Part shown: positions 44,175 to 64,000 of the stretch, in pieces
Layout of the letters: every line of letters begins with the position of its first letter
Position numbering within the stretch: position 1 is the stretch's first letter
Assembly (NCBI GenBank): GCA_964016885.1
Contig: OZ024745.1
Span: 49,972,001 to 50,036,000 of the forward strand
Origin: Eledone cirrhosa
Lineage: Eukaryota
Reading direction: 5' to 3'
Length of the DNA stretch: 64,000 nucleotides
Program-made: the position numbers and the translations under genes
Notes under the pieces: generated by a model
What the model was told of the DNA's origin: nothing
Databases searched by the model: none
What the model saw: only the letters and a program-made list of their open reading frames with translations

Positions 44175-44176
<2 letters not shown>

Positions 44177-46586
44177 AAAGAACTGGAACAGGACTACTGC
44201 CAACGTGTCCAGATAAAACAATATGACAGAGATGGGTCAATACTGGAAACAGCTCTACAGAAAATGTCAAATAGGAAATCGCCAGGCCCAGACCTCATTA
44301 CAGGATACTGGTTGAAGAATTTCACTTTCTATCGGCAAGATCTCATATGGCTGTTTACAGAAACCATTAAAGGCACACAAGAACTGCCCAGATGGTTATC
44401 AACTGCCACTACTCTCCTCATTCCCAAAAATAGCCAAACCACCCTTGCTAAAAATTACTGCCCAATAGCCTGCCAAAACATCATGTATAAATTATATACT
44501 GGGTGCCTTAACCTATTCTTACAGGATCACTGTGCTACCAACAACATCATAACACCTGAGCAAGCTGGTGGAAAGAGGGAGGTGTTGGGTTGCATAGATC
44601 ACCTACTAACCAACAAAATGATTCAGGAAAAAACAACAAAGAATCGCAGAAACATGACTGTGGTGTGGCTGGACTATCAAAAAGCATTTGATAGTGTACC
44701 TCATGGGTGGATTATTAAGGCTTTACAGTTAGCTAAAGTCCCACAACCATTGGTAGCTGCTGTTGAACGCCTGACCAAGAACTGATACACCAATTTGATC
44801 CTTAGAGGTGAGAAGGAGCAAGTTAAGACTGATAAGATACATTACCAGAAGGGCATCTTTCAGGGTGATAGCTTGTCAGTGCTACTTTTCGTTCTCTCAC
44901 TGAATCCACTATCTTACCTACTCAAGAAACAAGGTGGACAAAGAAGTGGGCCCAGAAGTATCTCCCATCTTTTCTTTGTTGATGACCTGAAGTTGTATGG
45001 GCCAAATATCAATGACATCAAGAAACAATTGGACCTCATTACACAATTTTCAACAAACATCAAAATGAAATTTGGTGAGTCCAAGTGTGCATATTTGGCA
45101 GTAAAACGTGGAAGAGCTGTGCCCTCCTCTAGAAATCTAGAGATGAACGGCCTGACAATACAACCTCTGCAGTCAGGTGACAACTACAGATATCTTGGAC
45201 AGGATGAGAATGTCAGATATGATGGACCCATAAATAAAGAGAGAACCAGAACTGAACACCTCAGAGGAGTAAAGAAAATATGGTCATCAGAACTGTCAGC
45301 ATACAACAAATACATTGCCCACAATACTTATGCTGTGCCAATTCTAACACCAACATTTGGCCTGCTGAACTGGTCATTGCAAGAACTAAGTGAGATGGAT
45401 GTTAGAACTCGAAAACTTCTCAATGTTACTGGGAACTTTAACATCAATGGTGATGTGGATAGGCTATACTTCTCAATGAAGGAAGGTGGCCGGGGTCTAA
45501 AATCAATATTAACAACATATGAGACCCGGATAGTAACACTGAAGCAACACCTTAAACAGAGGAAAAGGTTGGCAACCATCTTGGCCAGGTTTATGAGCAT
45601 GAAAACAAAAATATCATTAGAATAGCGACTGATCTGGAGGAGAGATATGGAATAAAGCCTGATATAAATCTCTCACCCAGAGAAATCGGAAGATCCTATT
45701 CAATGTTCAAACAAGATAACAAAAAATTGACCAATTTACAGAAAAAGTTGTGCATGGATACTTGAGGCATAAAACACAGACCATAGAGGGGATAAACCAC
45801 TCAAAAAGCCTGGCATGGAGTTCTGACAAGTTTATGACATCACACCTTGAGGGATATCTCTATGCAATACAGGAACAAGAACTCCCTACCAAATATCTGC
45901 TGCACAAAAGAGGAGGGACAGCAGCTGACAATAAATGTAGGCTATGTAAAACAAAGATCGAGGATGTAAGCCACATTGTTGCCAGCTGCGAAAGAATGTC
46001 ATCTCGCTACTACCTCCCCATGAGACACGATGGGATAGCTAGAACCATCTGGAACGCACTTCGGAAAAAAAAATTAACAACAAACGAGGAGGAATATATT
46101 GAGATAGATGGCACTAAGTAATACTGGTGGAACCTGAAAATAAAAACTGCCACCAAATTAAACACAACCGGCCTGATATTGTTGTTTGGGACCACACATT
46201 GAAAACGTGTTCTGTTGTGGAGATCAGCTGCCCACTTGATGTAAACGTTGTCAGAAAAATACAGGAGAAGGAGGACATCTACGGACCATTGATGAGGAGT
46301 TTACAAATCCAGTATCCAAGATACACCTTTAGCTTCATACCCATCATTATTGGAGCTACGGGTTATATACCAACCCGCTTGGACCAAAGTATGACTGAAC
46401 TTGGATTTGCGGACAAAAAACGCAGCTCCCTAATTCATAGTCTACAAATGGCTGCGATAGCTGGCACCTTCAAAATTTGCAAAACATTCTTGCGATTCAA
46501 GGGATGACAATTTCTTTTCTTTTACAACCTTGCCACCAAGAAGGTGGCCGGTCAAAAAAATATACTCGAAATTAAGAGAAAGCGAT
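44175..46586 (+). mobile_element. R4/Dong-clade non-LTR retrotransposon (RT + CCHC + restriction-like endonuclease), 5'-truncated, disrupted
   Basis: KSPGPD, LDYQKAFDSVPH, GIFQGDSLS, HLFFVDDLKLY, AIQEQ, CRLC..EDVSHIVASC, RHD, RPDIVV..VVEISCP. Flanked by (TACA)n on both sides. Confidence 0.92.
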
Positions 46587-46612
46587 ACATACATACATAC
46601 ATACATACATAC

Positions 46613-47200
46613 ATGGTCGCTGCCAACTCGTTTTCGAGTACGGCCACTACTTTATATCCATGTAGGAGAACCCCTACCGATGCGACTTGAAAACTCTGGT
46701 ACAAACACTACACCTGTGACAATTATTGACACATAGTGCTGGGCCCATGGTACCATGTGACGACAAGTGCAGAGAGATCTCCAGATATAAAGCAATGCCT
46801 GTGCCGTGAAGCTTTTATAGTGAGCAAAGGCACTGCACAAAGCCAGTCCCACTCTCTTAACCAAGATGATATTTACCAAAAAGAAGAACAAGTCAACATC
46901 ATTGGATACCATCAGGGTTGCAGGTGTTATATCAGAGTTTTCCTTCTCCTAGAATTCTGGCTTGACAAAGGCTAAGGGGTCATCTCTCCCGGTGATTTTG
47001 GATGGCCATTGACTCTTAAGAGCTCCTTTGCCCTTTGACAGGTTTTGTTTTTAGTCCTGCAGGATGTCCAAAGTCACCCTCTTCACCAAGAAACTTGGTG
47101 GGGTTGCCAGTTTAGTCGCCAACGACCCGACCATGAGACAGGTTGGACTGGGAAACATGTTACCAGTAGCACCAACTGGGGATACATGTTACCAGTAGCA
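46613..47200 (-). mobile_element. 5' end fragment of an RTE related to 28170-31712
   Basis: 47095-47172 is a reverse-complement match to 28195-28270. Confidence 0.65.
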
Positions 47201-47488
47201 CCAACCACAGCCGGCTATTCCCAGTGAATGTTTTGGTTGCCGACTCTGTGCAAGACATTTTAGATTATTGGCTGGGCTAAAAAGCCACATTCGATTGCAG
47301 CGCTGTTAGTTGCTATCGTGTGTGTGTGTGTGTTTAGATATGTTTATGTGTGTGCGTGTGTGTGTATATATATATGTATATGTATATTATTATTGTTGTT
47401 GTCGTTATTATTATTGTTGTTATTATTATTATTATTGTTATTAATGTATATGTGTGTATATATATATATGTGTGTATATATGTATATG

Positions 47489-47519
<31 letters not shown>

Positions 47520-47520
47520 T
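47201..47520 (+). mobile_element. Inverted copy of the zinc-finger RTE 3' end plus its microsatellite flank
   Basis: Reverse complement of ~43150-43457. Confidence 0.8.
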
Positions 47521-47625
47521 ATTTCTTTTTTTTCTTTTCTTTTCTTTTTTATTTATTCATTAATATATATACATTTTTTTTCTCCTCGTGCAATGGCTAT
47601 ACTCGATAACGAGGGGGCAGCCATC

Positions 47626-47658
<33 letters not shown>

Positions 47659-47883
47659 TGTATGTATGTATGTATGTATGCATGTATGTATGTATGTATG
47701 TGCCTGTGTATGTATGTGTGTTTCTTCTGGTTTTATTATTTTATAAATTTTCACCAATGGAGAGAAAGTCGGTTTCTAACATAGAAACAAGACTCTTTCA
47801 TTGGAATTTAGACATCAGCTAGGTAATGTATGTGTGTGTGTGTGGTGTGGTGGTGTGCTGGTGGTGGTGGTGGGGGTGGTGGT

Positions 47884-48617
47884 GTGTTTAAGGCGCATAT
47901 TCAACATCAAGTGGCAAGACAGAACTCCTGACATCTATGTCCTTATCAAAGCAGAATGTCCAAGCATTGAGTCCCAAGTAACATCTTCTCAAATGCGCTG
48001 GACAGGACATATCGTCTGCATGAAAGAAATCAGGATCCCGAAGCAACTGTTTTACGGTGAGCTCCATCTTGGAAAAAGACCTAAGCACAAACCGAAAATG
48101 AGGTTCAGGGACAGCATTAAGAACAACCTTAACGAGTTGACATTTGATATAGACAACTGGAGGAGATAACTCTAAATAGGGCTGAGTAGAGAAAGCGCAT
48201 AAAGGGCAGTTGCAAAATGTTTGAGGAATGTCGTCTAGAACATAAACAACCGAAGCGTCAGCTCCGGAAGGGCTGTGCTCATAGTCTTGATGAAGTTGGA
48301 CATGCAATTTCTGTCAGCGTCTACTCCTCTCAAAGGCTGGTTATGTTAATCACCTGAAGTCACATTAAAGGATAACCACCTGCAACACCACTCAACAAAT
48401 ACATAGCTAAACAACGTGCGTGATATGCAACAAAGTGTGTAGAACTAGTTCCGGACTAAAACAAACACATGGTGGTACATGAAGATTGTATCCCACAGGG
48501 AGACCACACTGGTCCTGTGGAAAGCACAACTCTCTTCTGTCATCTGTGTCGTAAACCATGAAGATCCACAGGGAGACCACACCAGTCCTGTGGAAAGCAC
48601 AACTCTCTTCTGTCATC
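47884..48617 (+). mobile_element. Decayed RTE (BovB-like) 3' region with zinc-finger remnants
   Basis: CLRRIFNIKWQD, QMRWTGH, RIPKQLFYGEL, RFRDSIK; local tandem duplication 48478-48617 runs into the gap. Confidence 0.82.
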
Positions 48618-48817
48618 NNNNNNNNNNNNNNNNNNNNNNNNNNNNNNNNNNNNNNNNNNNNNNNNNNNNNNNNNNNNNNNNNNNNNNNNNNNNNNNNNNN
48701 NNNNNNNNNNNNNNNNNNNNNNNNNNNNNNNNNNNNNNNNNNNNNNNNNNNNNNNNNNNNNNNNNNNNNNNNNNNNNNNNNNNNNNNNNNNNNNNNNNNN
48801 NNNNNNNNNNNNNNNNN
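48618..48817. other. Assembly gap (200 N)
   Basis: N run. Confidence 0.99.
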
Positions 48818-49582
48818 CGAGAGAAAAAGAGAAACAGAAGAAAAGAAAAGAAAAGGGGGAGACAGAAGAGGGGAGCGAGAGAGATAGCCGGAAGAGTGGG
48901 GGGGGGTCAGAGGGAGAGAGAGAAGATAGATAGAGAGCTCGTTGATCTAGAGAGAGGGAGAAAGAGAGCTCGTTGATCGAGAGAGAGAGAGGGGGGAGAG
49001 AGAGAGAGAGAGAGGAAGGAGAGAGATAGAGACAGCGTGAGAGCGTGAGCAACTGCAGTTCATAAATATAAAAATAAATTTTTAAATCTAAATTTAAATT
49101 AATGAATGGGAGAAACCGGAAACAGAGATATAGAAACACGATGTAAATGTCTGTTTACAAATATACGGAGTTATTGCAATACCAGCATATCATACAAGAA
49201 ACAACGAAATCGGGTCAAATACAGATAAGATTATACAAAATCAAACAAGATTATATCAAATTAAATTATGTTACTCAGAAATATCAAAATTATACAAAAT
49301 TGCTTAAGCTAAACCAAAATGCTCTGTATGAAACAAAAATAGAAAGCACGTGTGTGTGTTGTCTCCCATGAATGAATCATACAGTGAAAATAAACATGTT
49401 CAAAACGGTAATATATGTAAAATATACTTCAAAATAATTGCGTCAAAGCACAAAACTTATCTTTTTGTACGGTTTTCCTTGTCCTCTGAAGAATTAAAAC
49501 CATACATAAATCCGATTACTGTCGATTTAAAATATTAAAATTTCAAATCCGGAGAGACGACAATCCACGTCTTATACCAACA
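48818..49582 (+). repeat. Direct duplication of 59252-60018
   Basis: Near-identical apart from a few 1-nt indels; both copies continue into similar TA arrays. Confidence 0.95.
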
Positions 49583-54668
<5,086 letters not shown>

Positions 54669-55146
54669 GTATTAGTTATACTATTTATGGTTATGTAAAT
54701 ACAAAACCTTAAGCAGTTGTAAGTATTTTACACACACCCTAAATAGTGGTAGGCAGTATTGTATTACTACCTTATTACCAGTAGGTTAAGTAGCTCAATG
54801 TAAAAACATCAGATGATTTACAGAGCAGTTATATGAAATATAAGAATCAAAGAACTGCTTATCTTCATGTATTTTAACCTATATTTTTGATTTTTGATTG
54901 TACCTATTAATATAAATGTAATCTCGAAGTGTGTACTGCCACTCTAAATTCTGTAATGAATGTTGACCCACAATGTTTGAATATGTATTGGTATGTCTCT
55001 CGGCTGAAAAGGAGGTCATATAACTGTCCATGCATTAATAAATTGCTCCGAAGAATCCAAACCTCGGTTTGGAGGAAACAGCTGTAAGCACAATAATGTT
55101 TTGAACAGTTCTTTGATTCTTATATTTCATATATTTCATATTTCAT
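54669..55146. mobile_element. Second copy of the non-autonomous PLE derivative
   Basis: 54669-54856 matches 41241-41428. After an inversion junction at ~54856 the sequence is the reverse complement of ~41400-41697. Same right end as 41935. Confidence 0.82.
55044..55090 (+). ncRNA. Minimal type I hammerhead, CCGAAGA core, CAGCTG stem III
   Basis: Identical to 41833-41879. Confidence 0.75.
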
Positions 55147-55521
55147 ACATATATATATACATATACTCTTTTACTCTTTTACCTGTTTCAGCCATCCGGC
55201 TGAGGCCATGCTGGGGCACCGCCCTTGTTGCTACACATTTTATCTCCAGCCTGTATAAGTTGGCCACTGGTGTAGGAGGGAGTTTGTTGCTGCTGCCCTT
55301 AGGTTTCCCTCATGTCTTGCTGTGGGCTCATCCGGGATCCTGGATAACAAGGTGTCGAGATGTTTCTTAAAGACATCCACCTCCACGTCATGCAAGTCTC
55401 GCAGATGCCTCAGCAGCCTGTTGAAGAGTTGAGGGCCCTTGAATCCCAGGCTATTGCAATACCTGCTCCTGATTCTAGATGTGGAAGACGGGACCTTTGG
55501 CACCACACAGTGACGTCCTGT

Positions 55522-58281
55522 TCAACGGTTGGTCCAGCTCCCAATGCCAAAGTTTGGTGCTAGTCCCTCCAGGATTTTGCACATGTAGATCACTGCGTAT
55601 CTCTCCCGTCTTCGCTCCAAGGAGTAGAGGTTCAGTTCCTTCAGCCTCTCCCAGTAGCTTGTCTCCCTCATCTTGGCAATCCTCTTGGTGTAGCTTCGCT
55701 GGATTGCCTCAAGCTCCGTGGTTAGTTTGACACTATGGGGTGACCACAGCTGGGAGCAGTAGTCCAGGCGGCTTAGGACAAAAGTCCTCCACAGTGTCAA
55801 CATGGTGTCTCGATCTCTTGTAAGGAAAGTCCTCAAGATCCAGCCAGCGAATCGTCTACATGCTGTCGCCACCTTCATGATGTGTGAAGAAAAAGATGCA
55901 TCATCGCTCATGTCTATGCCCAGGTCTCGTATCGATTTTGACACGGGGATATCGGTCCCTCCTGGTCCTGTGTAGCTGTGTTCCACTATATTTGTGTTTG
56001 TGTTTGCAGGTTTGTATTGTAGGGCTTGGAATTTGCCAGCATTAAACTGCATGTTGTTTTCTTCCGCCCATCTGTATATGGCATCCAGATCCTGCTGTAA
56101 GAGGGCAGCGTCAGCCGGGTTTTTGATTGCCTGTGCTACCTTAGTGTCATCAGCATAGCTAGTGAGGGATGTTGTTGCATGCACCACAGAGGGCATGTCC
56201 GAGAGAGCCACCAAAAACAGTAGTGGTCCCAGGACTGTCCCCTGAGGCACCCCACTTGTTATCGGTGTTTCCCTCGAGAGGGCCCCATTTGCTGCGACTG
56301 CCTGGCTTCTGTCCCTCAGGAAGCCATGCAGCCACTCACCTACTTTTCCAGTTATGCCGAGTCCGTGTAGTTTGTGACATATCATTCCGTGGTCGACCTT
56401 GTCAAAGGCCTTCGCAAAGTCAAGATATATCACGTCTACATGTGAGCTGTCTAGTAGCTGTCTCAGTACCCAGTCGTAGTGATGTAGCAGCTGTGTAAGG
56501 CAGCTTCTTCCTGGGCGGAAGCCATGTTGCGTGCTAGTCAGGCGGTCATTTTCTTCGAGGAAAGTGATTAGTTTCTTTCTGACGACTCGCTCCATGACCT
56601 TACTGATATGCGACGTCAGGGAGACTGGCCTATAGTTCTTGGCCTCCGCTCTACTACCTCCTTTATGGATAGGGCATATTGTGCCTTCTTTCAGCTCCCT
56701 GGGTAGTACACCGCTAGCCAAGGAGCTTCTGAAGAGCATCTTCAGTGGAGTTGCTAAGGCCTGCTTACATATTTTTAGGAGAACTGCTGGGAATCCATCA
56801 GGTCCAGCAGCCGAGTCTGTTCTAATTTCATCAATGGCGCACACCACATCCTTCTCCGTTATGTCTATGTGGTTGATGGTTGCCATTTCTTGATGTAGTG
56901 TTGTGGCATCAAAGAACTCCTCTGGCTTCGTTATTTGCATGTGCCTCAGTGGACATGTGAAGACACTTTTGTACTGTTCGTTCAGTATTTCACATATCTC
57001 TTGGGGATTTTCGGTTAATGAACCGTCCGTGTGGAAGAGTGGTCCAATCTTGCAGTGTACTGAGGCAGTTTCTTTTGCAAATTTAAAGAAGGCCTTAGGG
57101 TTTGTTTTAATGTTTTCTATGGCCCTGTTCTCTTTCCTTGCCCTCTCATTCTCATGTGAAAGCTTGAGTGCAATCTCGGTGTCAAGTAGTGCACGTTTCA
57201 AATAGGATTCCTTCTTGTTTTGGTTTTGTTGACTATTCAACTGGTTTGAGAGTTTAGTTCTACGTCTCATAAGGATTTTCCTATCTCTGGGAATAAGATT
57301 TTTGTGTCTGTTTGCCTCTTTCTCCGGGACACACTTTTTGCATATGGTGTGTATCGTTGTCATGAAGTGTTGAAATTGTGTGTTAGTGTCTTGTGTGGCG
57401 ATGTTTGCACTCCATGTTTGCTTCCGGATTTCACTCTTAATCTTCTTCCAGTCAGCCCCGTAGAAGTTAAGGCTGGATAGCGTCCCGGAGCTTCTTGGTG
57501 GTTTTGTCTCTGTTGGTTCTCTTGGACCACATATCATTAGCTCTACCAAGTTATGATCCGAGAGAATTGTTGGTGTCACCTTTACATTGTGGATGAGCAC
57601 TTCGTTGTTTGTAAAACAGAGGTCCAGGACATTTTCGCCTCTTGTTGGGAGGAGTATTGCTTGCTCCATGAACAGCCTGTGTGTGAGGGCCAGCAGGGAT
57701 TCCGTCTGTCTCTGTTCTATTGACGTCATTCCAGGGAGGAGGTGGCCCTCAGGCCATTTGACCTTTGGTAGGTTGAAGTCTCCCAGCAGTAGGATGTTGA
57801 GACCCTGGTCCAGTTTGTCAAGGACCTCTTCTATCCTACTTAGGCTATCCTCAAATTTACCCTCATGACTGGGGGCATCGGGCGGCCGATATGTGACACA
57901 TATTACCGTCTGTAGTTGCTTCATATGTATTATCAGTGTGTCACAGACTGAGTTTGAATGTGTCAACAGAACAATTGGTGTGACATCTTCACGGATATAC
58001 AGAGCAACCCCACCATGAGTTCTCTCCTTCCTGTCCGAACGAAATACAGTATATTTCGGTATATGTATTTCTGCATCTGCTATACTGCTTGTCAGGTGCG
58101 TTTCGGTTAGTGCCATGCATAGTGCTTGATTGCTTATGGCTAAGTCTCCCAGGTAGGAAATTTTACTCATGTTGCTGAGTTTCACCAGGCCCCTGACATT
58201 CAGCAGCAGCACTGGTGTGACTTTTGGGGTGCCAGTAATGGCTGTCGGTATGACACCTGGTCTGGTGTCAGCGGCGGCCAC
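55522..58281 (-). CDS. CR1 ORF2: APE endonuclease + reverse transcriptase (frameshift near the C-terminus; continues at 55240-55506)
   Basis: LNVRGL, LTETHL, GGVALY, YRPP, GDFN, LDL, SDH; QHGFRPG, YLDFAKAFD, SGVPQGTVLGP, YADD, LDYCSQLWSP. Confidence 0.93.
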   Translation of the reverse strand: MAAADTRPGVIPTAITGTPKVTPVLLLNVRGLVKLSNMSKISYLGDLAISNQALCMALTETHLTSSIADAEIHIPKYTVFRSDRKERTHGGVALYIREDVTPIVLLTHSNSVCDTLIIHMKQLQTVICVTYRPPDAPSHEGKFEDSLSRIEEVLDKLDQGLNILLLGDFNLPKVKWPEGHLLPGMTSIEQRQTESLLALTHRLFMEQAILLPTRGENVLDLCFTNNEVLIHNVKVTPTILSDHNLVELMICGPREPTETKPPRSSGTLSSLNFYGADWKKIKSEIRKQTWSANIATQDTNTQFQHFMTTIHTICKKCVPEKEANRHKNLIPRDRKILMRRRTKLSNQLNSQQNQNKKESYLKRALLDTEIALKLSHENERARKENRAIENIKTNPKAFFKFAKETASVHCKIGPLFHTDGSLTENPQEICEILNEQYKSVFTCPLRHMQITKPEEFFDATTLHQEMATINHIDITEKDVVCAIDEIRTDSAAGPDGFPAVLLKICKQALATPLKMLFRSSLASGVLPRELKEGTICPIHKGGSRAEAKNYRPVSLTSHISKVMERVVRKKLITFLEENDRLTSTQHGFRPGRSCLTQLLHHYDWVLRQLLDSSHVDVIYLDFAKAFDKVDHGMICHKLHGLGITGKVGEWLHGFLRDRSQAVAANGALSRETPITSGVPQGTVLGPLLFLVALSDMPSVVHATTSLTSYADDTKVAQAIKNPADAALLQQDLDAIYRWAEENNMQFNAGKFQALQYKPANTNTNIVEHSYTGPGGTDIPVSKSIRDLGIDMSDDASFSSHIMKVATACRRFAGWILRTFLTRDRDTMLTLWRTFVLSRLDYCSQLWSPHSVKLTTELEAIQRSYTKRIAKMRETSYWERLKELNLYSLERRRERYAVIYMCKILEGLAPNFGIGSWTNR

Positions 58282-59156
58282 TCTGGGTCCCTTAACTGCG
58301 GTGGTCTCGAGTGCTGGTGTGGATGACCCTGGCTCTGGAGACGATGCAGCCAGGTCAGCTGTCCCACAATCTTCTCTGCCATCACTAAAAAATTTTTCTG
58401 ATCTGCTGCTGCCATCTGTATCTCGTCGGCATGTGCGTGCCTTCTCCTTGTTGGTGCAGCACGCGCGACATCAGCATACTTCTGGAGCGGCTTATTTCGG
58501 CTTTGGCTGGGGCATGTTGCGCGAGTATGATGGGCATAGTTCGTTTGAGACCTAGGGTGGGCGAATCTGCATCCCATCCCTGTCTCTCCATGCCAGCATG
58601 TCCCGTTCTTGAAAAACTTGCACATTACTTGGTGTTTTTTGCTCCCAGTGTCTCGGTGCTTTCTGTTCTTTCTTTGAACAGTTGTCCACTGGTCCCTCTG
58701 CGCTTGGTTCTCCTTCGGAAGGTGATTTCGCTTTTCACCTTTGCCCTTAGCTTGTTGGTTGCCCGGCCTGCCCTCCCTGCCTGTAGCGGAGGGTATATCA
58801 TTTTCTTCCAGGTCCGTGCTTGTGCTCTCCTCCTTTTCTTTTTCCCTTTCCTTTTCCTCTTCCTTTTCCCTCTCCTTCTCCTCATCCCTCCCTTCGGACT
58901 TCTCCTCCCTGAGGACACGGCTTAGCATCGCCATATGAGGCGCTATGAGGACATACGCCTTCTCAATTTCTTTTCTCTTTATCTGTACCAGGGTCCTCAT
59001 AAACCCATGGCTCTTCAGGTTCTCCGCCATCTTTTTGCTTGGTGGAGACCCATCAGCCATAGTCCACCCCTTGATCAAAACCGCTAGTTCAATCTTCGAC
59101 CAGTTTCGCTGACTCCTGATTTCACATTTTTCCCATTTTTCCTGCATGCAGTCCAT
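58200..59156 (-). CDS. CR1 ORF1 with an acidic/charged tract and a CCCH-type zinc finger
   Basis: 318-aa open frame upstream of and overlapping ORF2; CKFFKNGTCWHGETGMGCRFAHP. Confidence 0.8.
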   Translation of the reverse strand: MDCMQEKWEKCEIRSQRNWSKIELAVLIKGWTMADGSPPSKKMAENLKSHGFMRTLVQIKRKEIEKAYVLIAPHMAMLSRVLREEKSEGRDEEKEREKEEEKEREKEKEESTSTDLEENDIPSATGREGRPGNQQAKGKGEKRNHLPKENQAQRDQWTTVQRKNRKHRDTGSKKHQVMCKFFKNGTCWHGETGMGCRFAHPRSQTNYAHHTRATCPSQSRNKPLQKYADVARAAPTRRRHAHADEIQMAAADQKNFLVMAEKIVGQLTWLHRLQSQGHPHQHSRPPQLRDPEWPPLTPDQVSYRQPLLAPQKSHQCCC

Positions 59157-60018
59157 TTCGCTGTGGAGGGGAGAAAGAGGGACAGTGGGAGGTGTAGAGT
59201 AGAGGTTAGAGAGGGACAGAGTGAGGGAGGGAGATAGAGATATAACTCCAGCGAGAGAAAAAGAGAAACAGAAGAAAAGAAAAGAAAAGGGGGAGACAGA
59301 AGAGGGGAGCGAGAGAGATAGCCGGAAGAGTGGGGGGGGGTCAGAGGGAGAGAGAGAAGATAGATAGAGAGCTCGTTGATCTAGAGAGAGGGAGAAAGAG
59401 AGCTCGTTGATCGAGAGAGAGAGAGGGGGAGAGAGAGAGAGAGAGAGGAAGGAGAGAGATAGAGACAGCGTGAGAGCGTGAGCAACTGCAGTTCATAAAT
59501 ATAAAAATAAATTTTTAAATCTAAATTTAAATTAATGAATGGGAGAAACCGGAAACAGAGATATAGAAACACGATGTAAATGTCTGTTTACAAATATACG
59601 GAGTTATTGCAATACCAGCATATCATACAAGAAACAACGAAATCGGGTCAAATACAGATAAGATTATACAAAATCAAACAAGATTATATCAAATTAAATT
59701 ATGTTACTCAGAAATATCAAAATTAATACAAAATTGCTTAAGCTAAACCAAAATGCTCTGTATGAAACAAAAATAGAAAGCACGTGTGTGTGTTGTCTCC
59801 CATGAATGAATCATACAGTGAAAATAAACATGTTCAAAACGGTAATATATGTAAAATATACTTCAAAATAATTGCGTCAAAGCACAAAAACTTATCTTTT
59901 TTGTACGTTTTCCTTGTCCTCTGAAGAATTAAAACCATACATAAATCCGATTACTGTCGATTTAAAATATTAAAATTTCAAATCCGGAGAGACGACAATC
60001 CACGTCTTATACCAACAC

Positions 60019-64000
<3,982 letters not shown>

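Larger units (their letters stand above)
55164..59250 (-). mobile_element. Near full-length CR1-clade LINE
   Basis: ORF1 + ORF2 + short 3' UTR ending in (GTAAAAGA)2. The 5' boundary is approximate. Confidence 0.93.

Noticed and set aside
48478-48617. CRISPR-like or satellite repeat
   Set aside because: Two copies with no spacers; a local duplication of RTE zinc-finger sequence at a contig edge.
49480-49580. CTGAAGA motif near the TA array (also ~59920)
   Set aside because: No GAAA box or closing stem I.

Overview
Eukaryotic, extremely repeat-rich DNA. It is most consistent with an octopus/cephalopod genome, inferred from the (TA)n arrays, the RTE/CR1/Dong-R4/Penelope mix and the tRNA-SINE types. 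The only host-gene piece I can support is a first coding exon of an SLC27/FATP-like acyl-CoA synthetase (27250-27645, minus strand). The rest is retroelements, kb-scale (TA)n-derived arrays and one 200-N gap (48618-48817). The retroelements include many RTE LINEs, two CR1-clade LINEs, an R4/Dong-like element, tRNA-SINEs and an intact Penelope-like element (PLE; RT + GIY-YIG, 6050-8533). The main signal not explained by the ORF track is a dense set of type I hammerhead-ribozyme folds: 13 loci from about 7 sequence families. Most have palindromic stem III, and six carry a non-canonical CCGANGA core. They lie in the PLE pseudo-LTRs and in short non-coding, inverted/tandem elements inserted into (TA)n. 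A second notable signal is an HIV-like U-UUU-UUA slippery site joining ORF1 to an ATG-less ORF2 in the near-complete CR1 element. All folds and alignments were done by eye and need computational confirmation.
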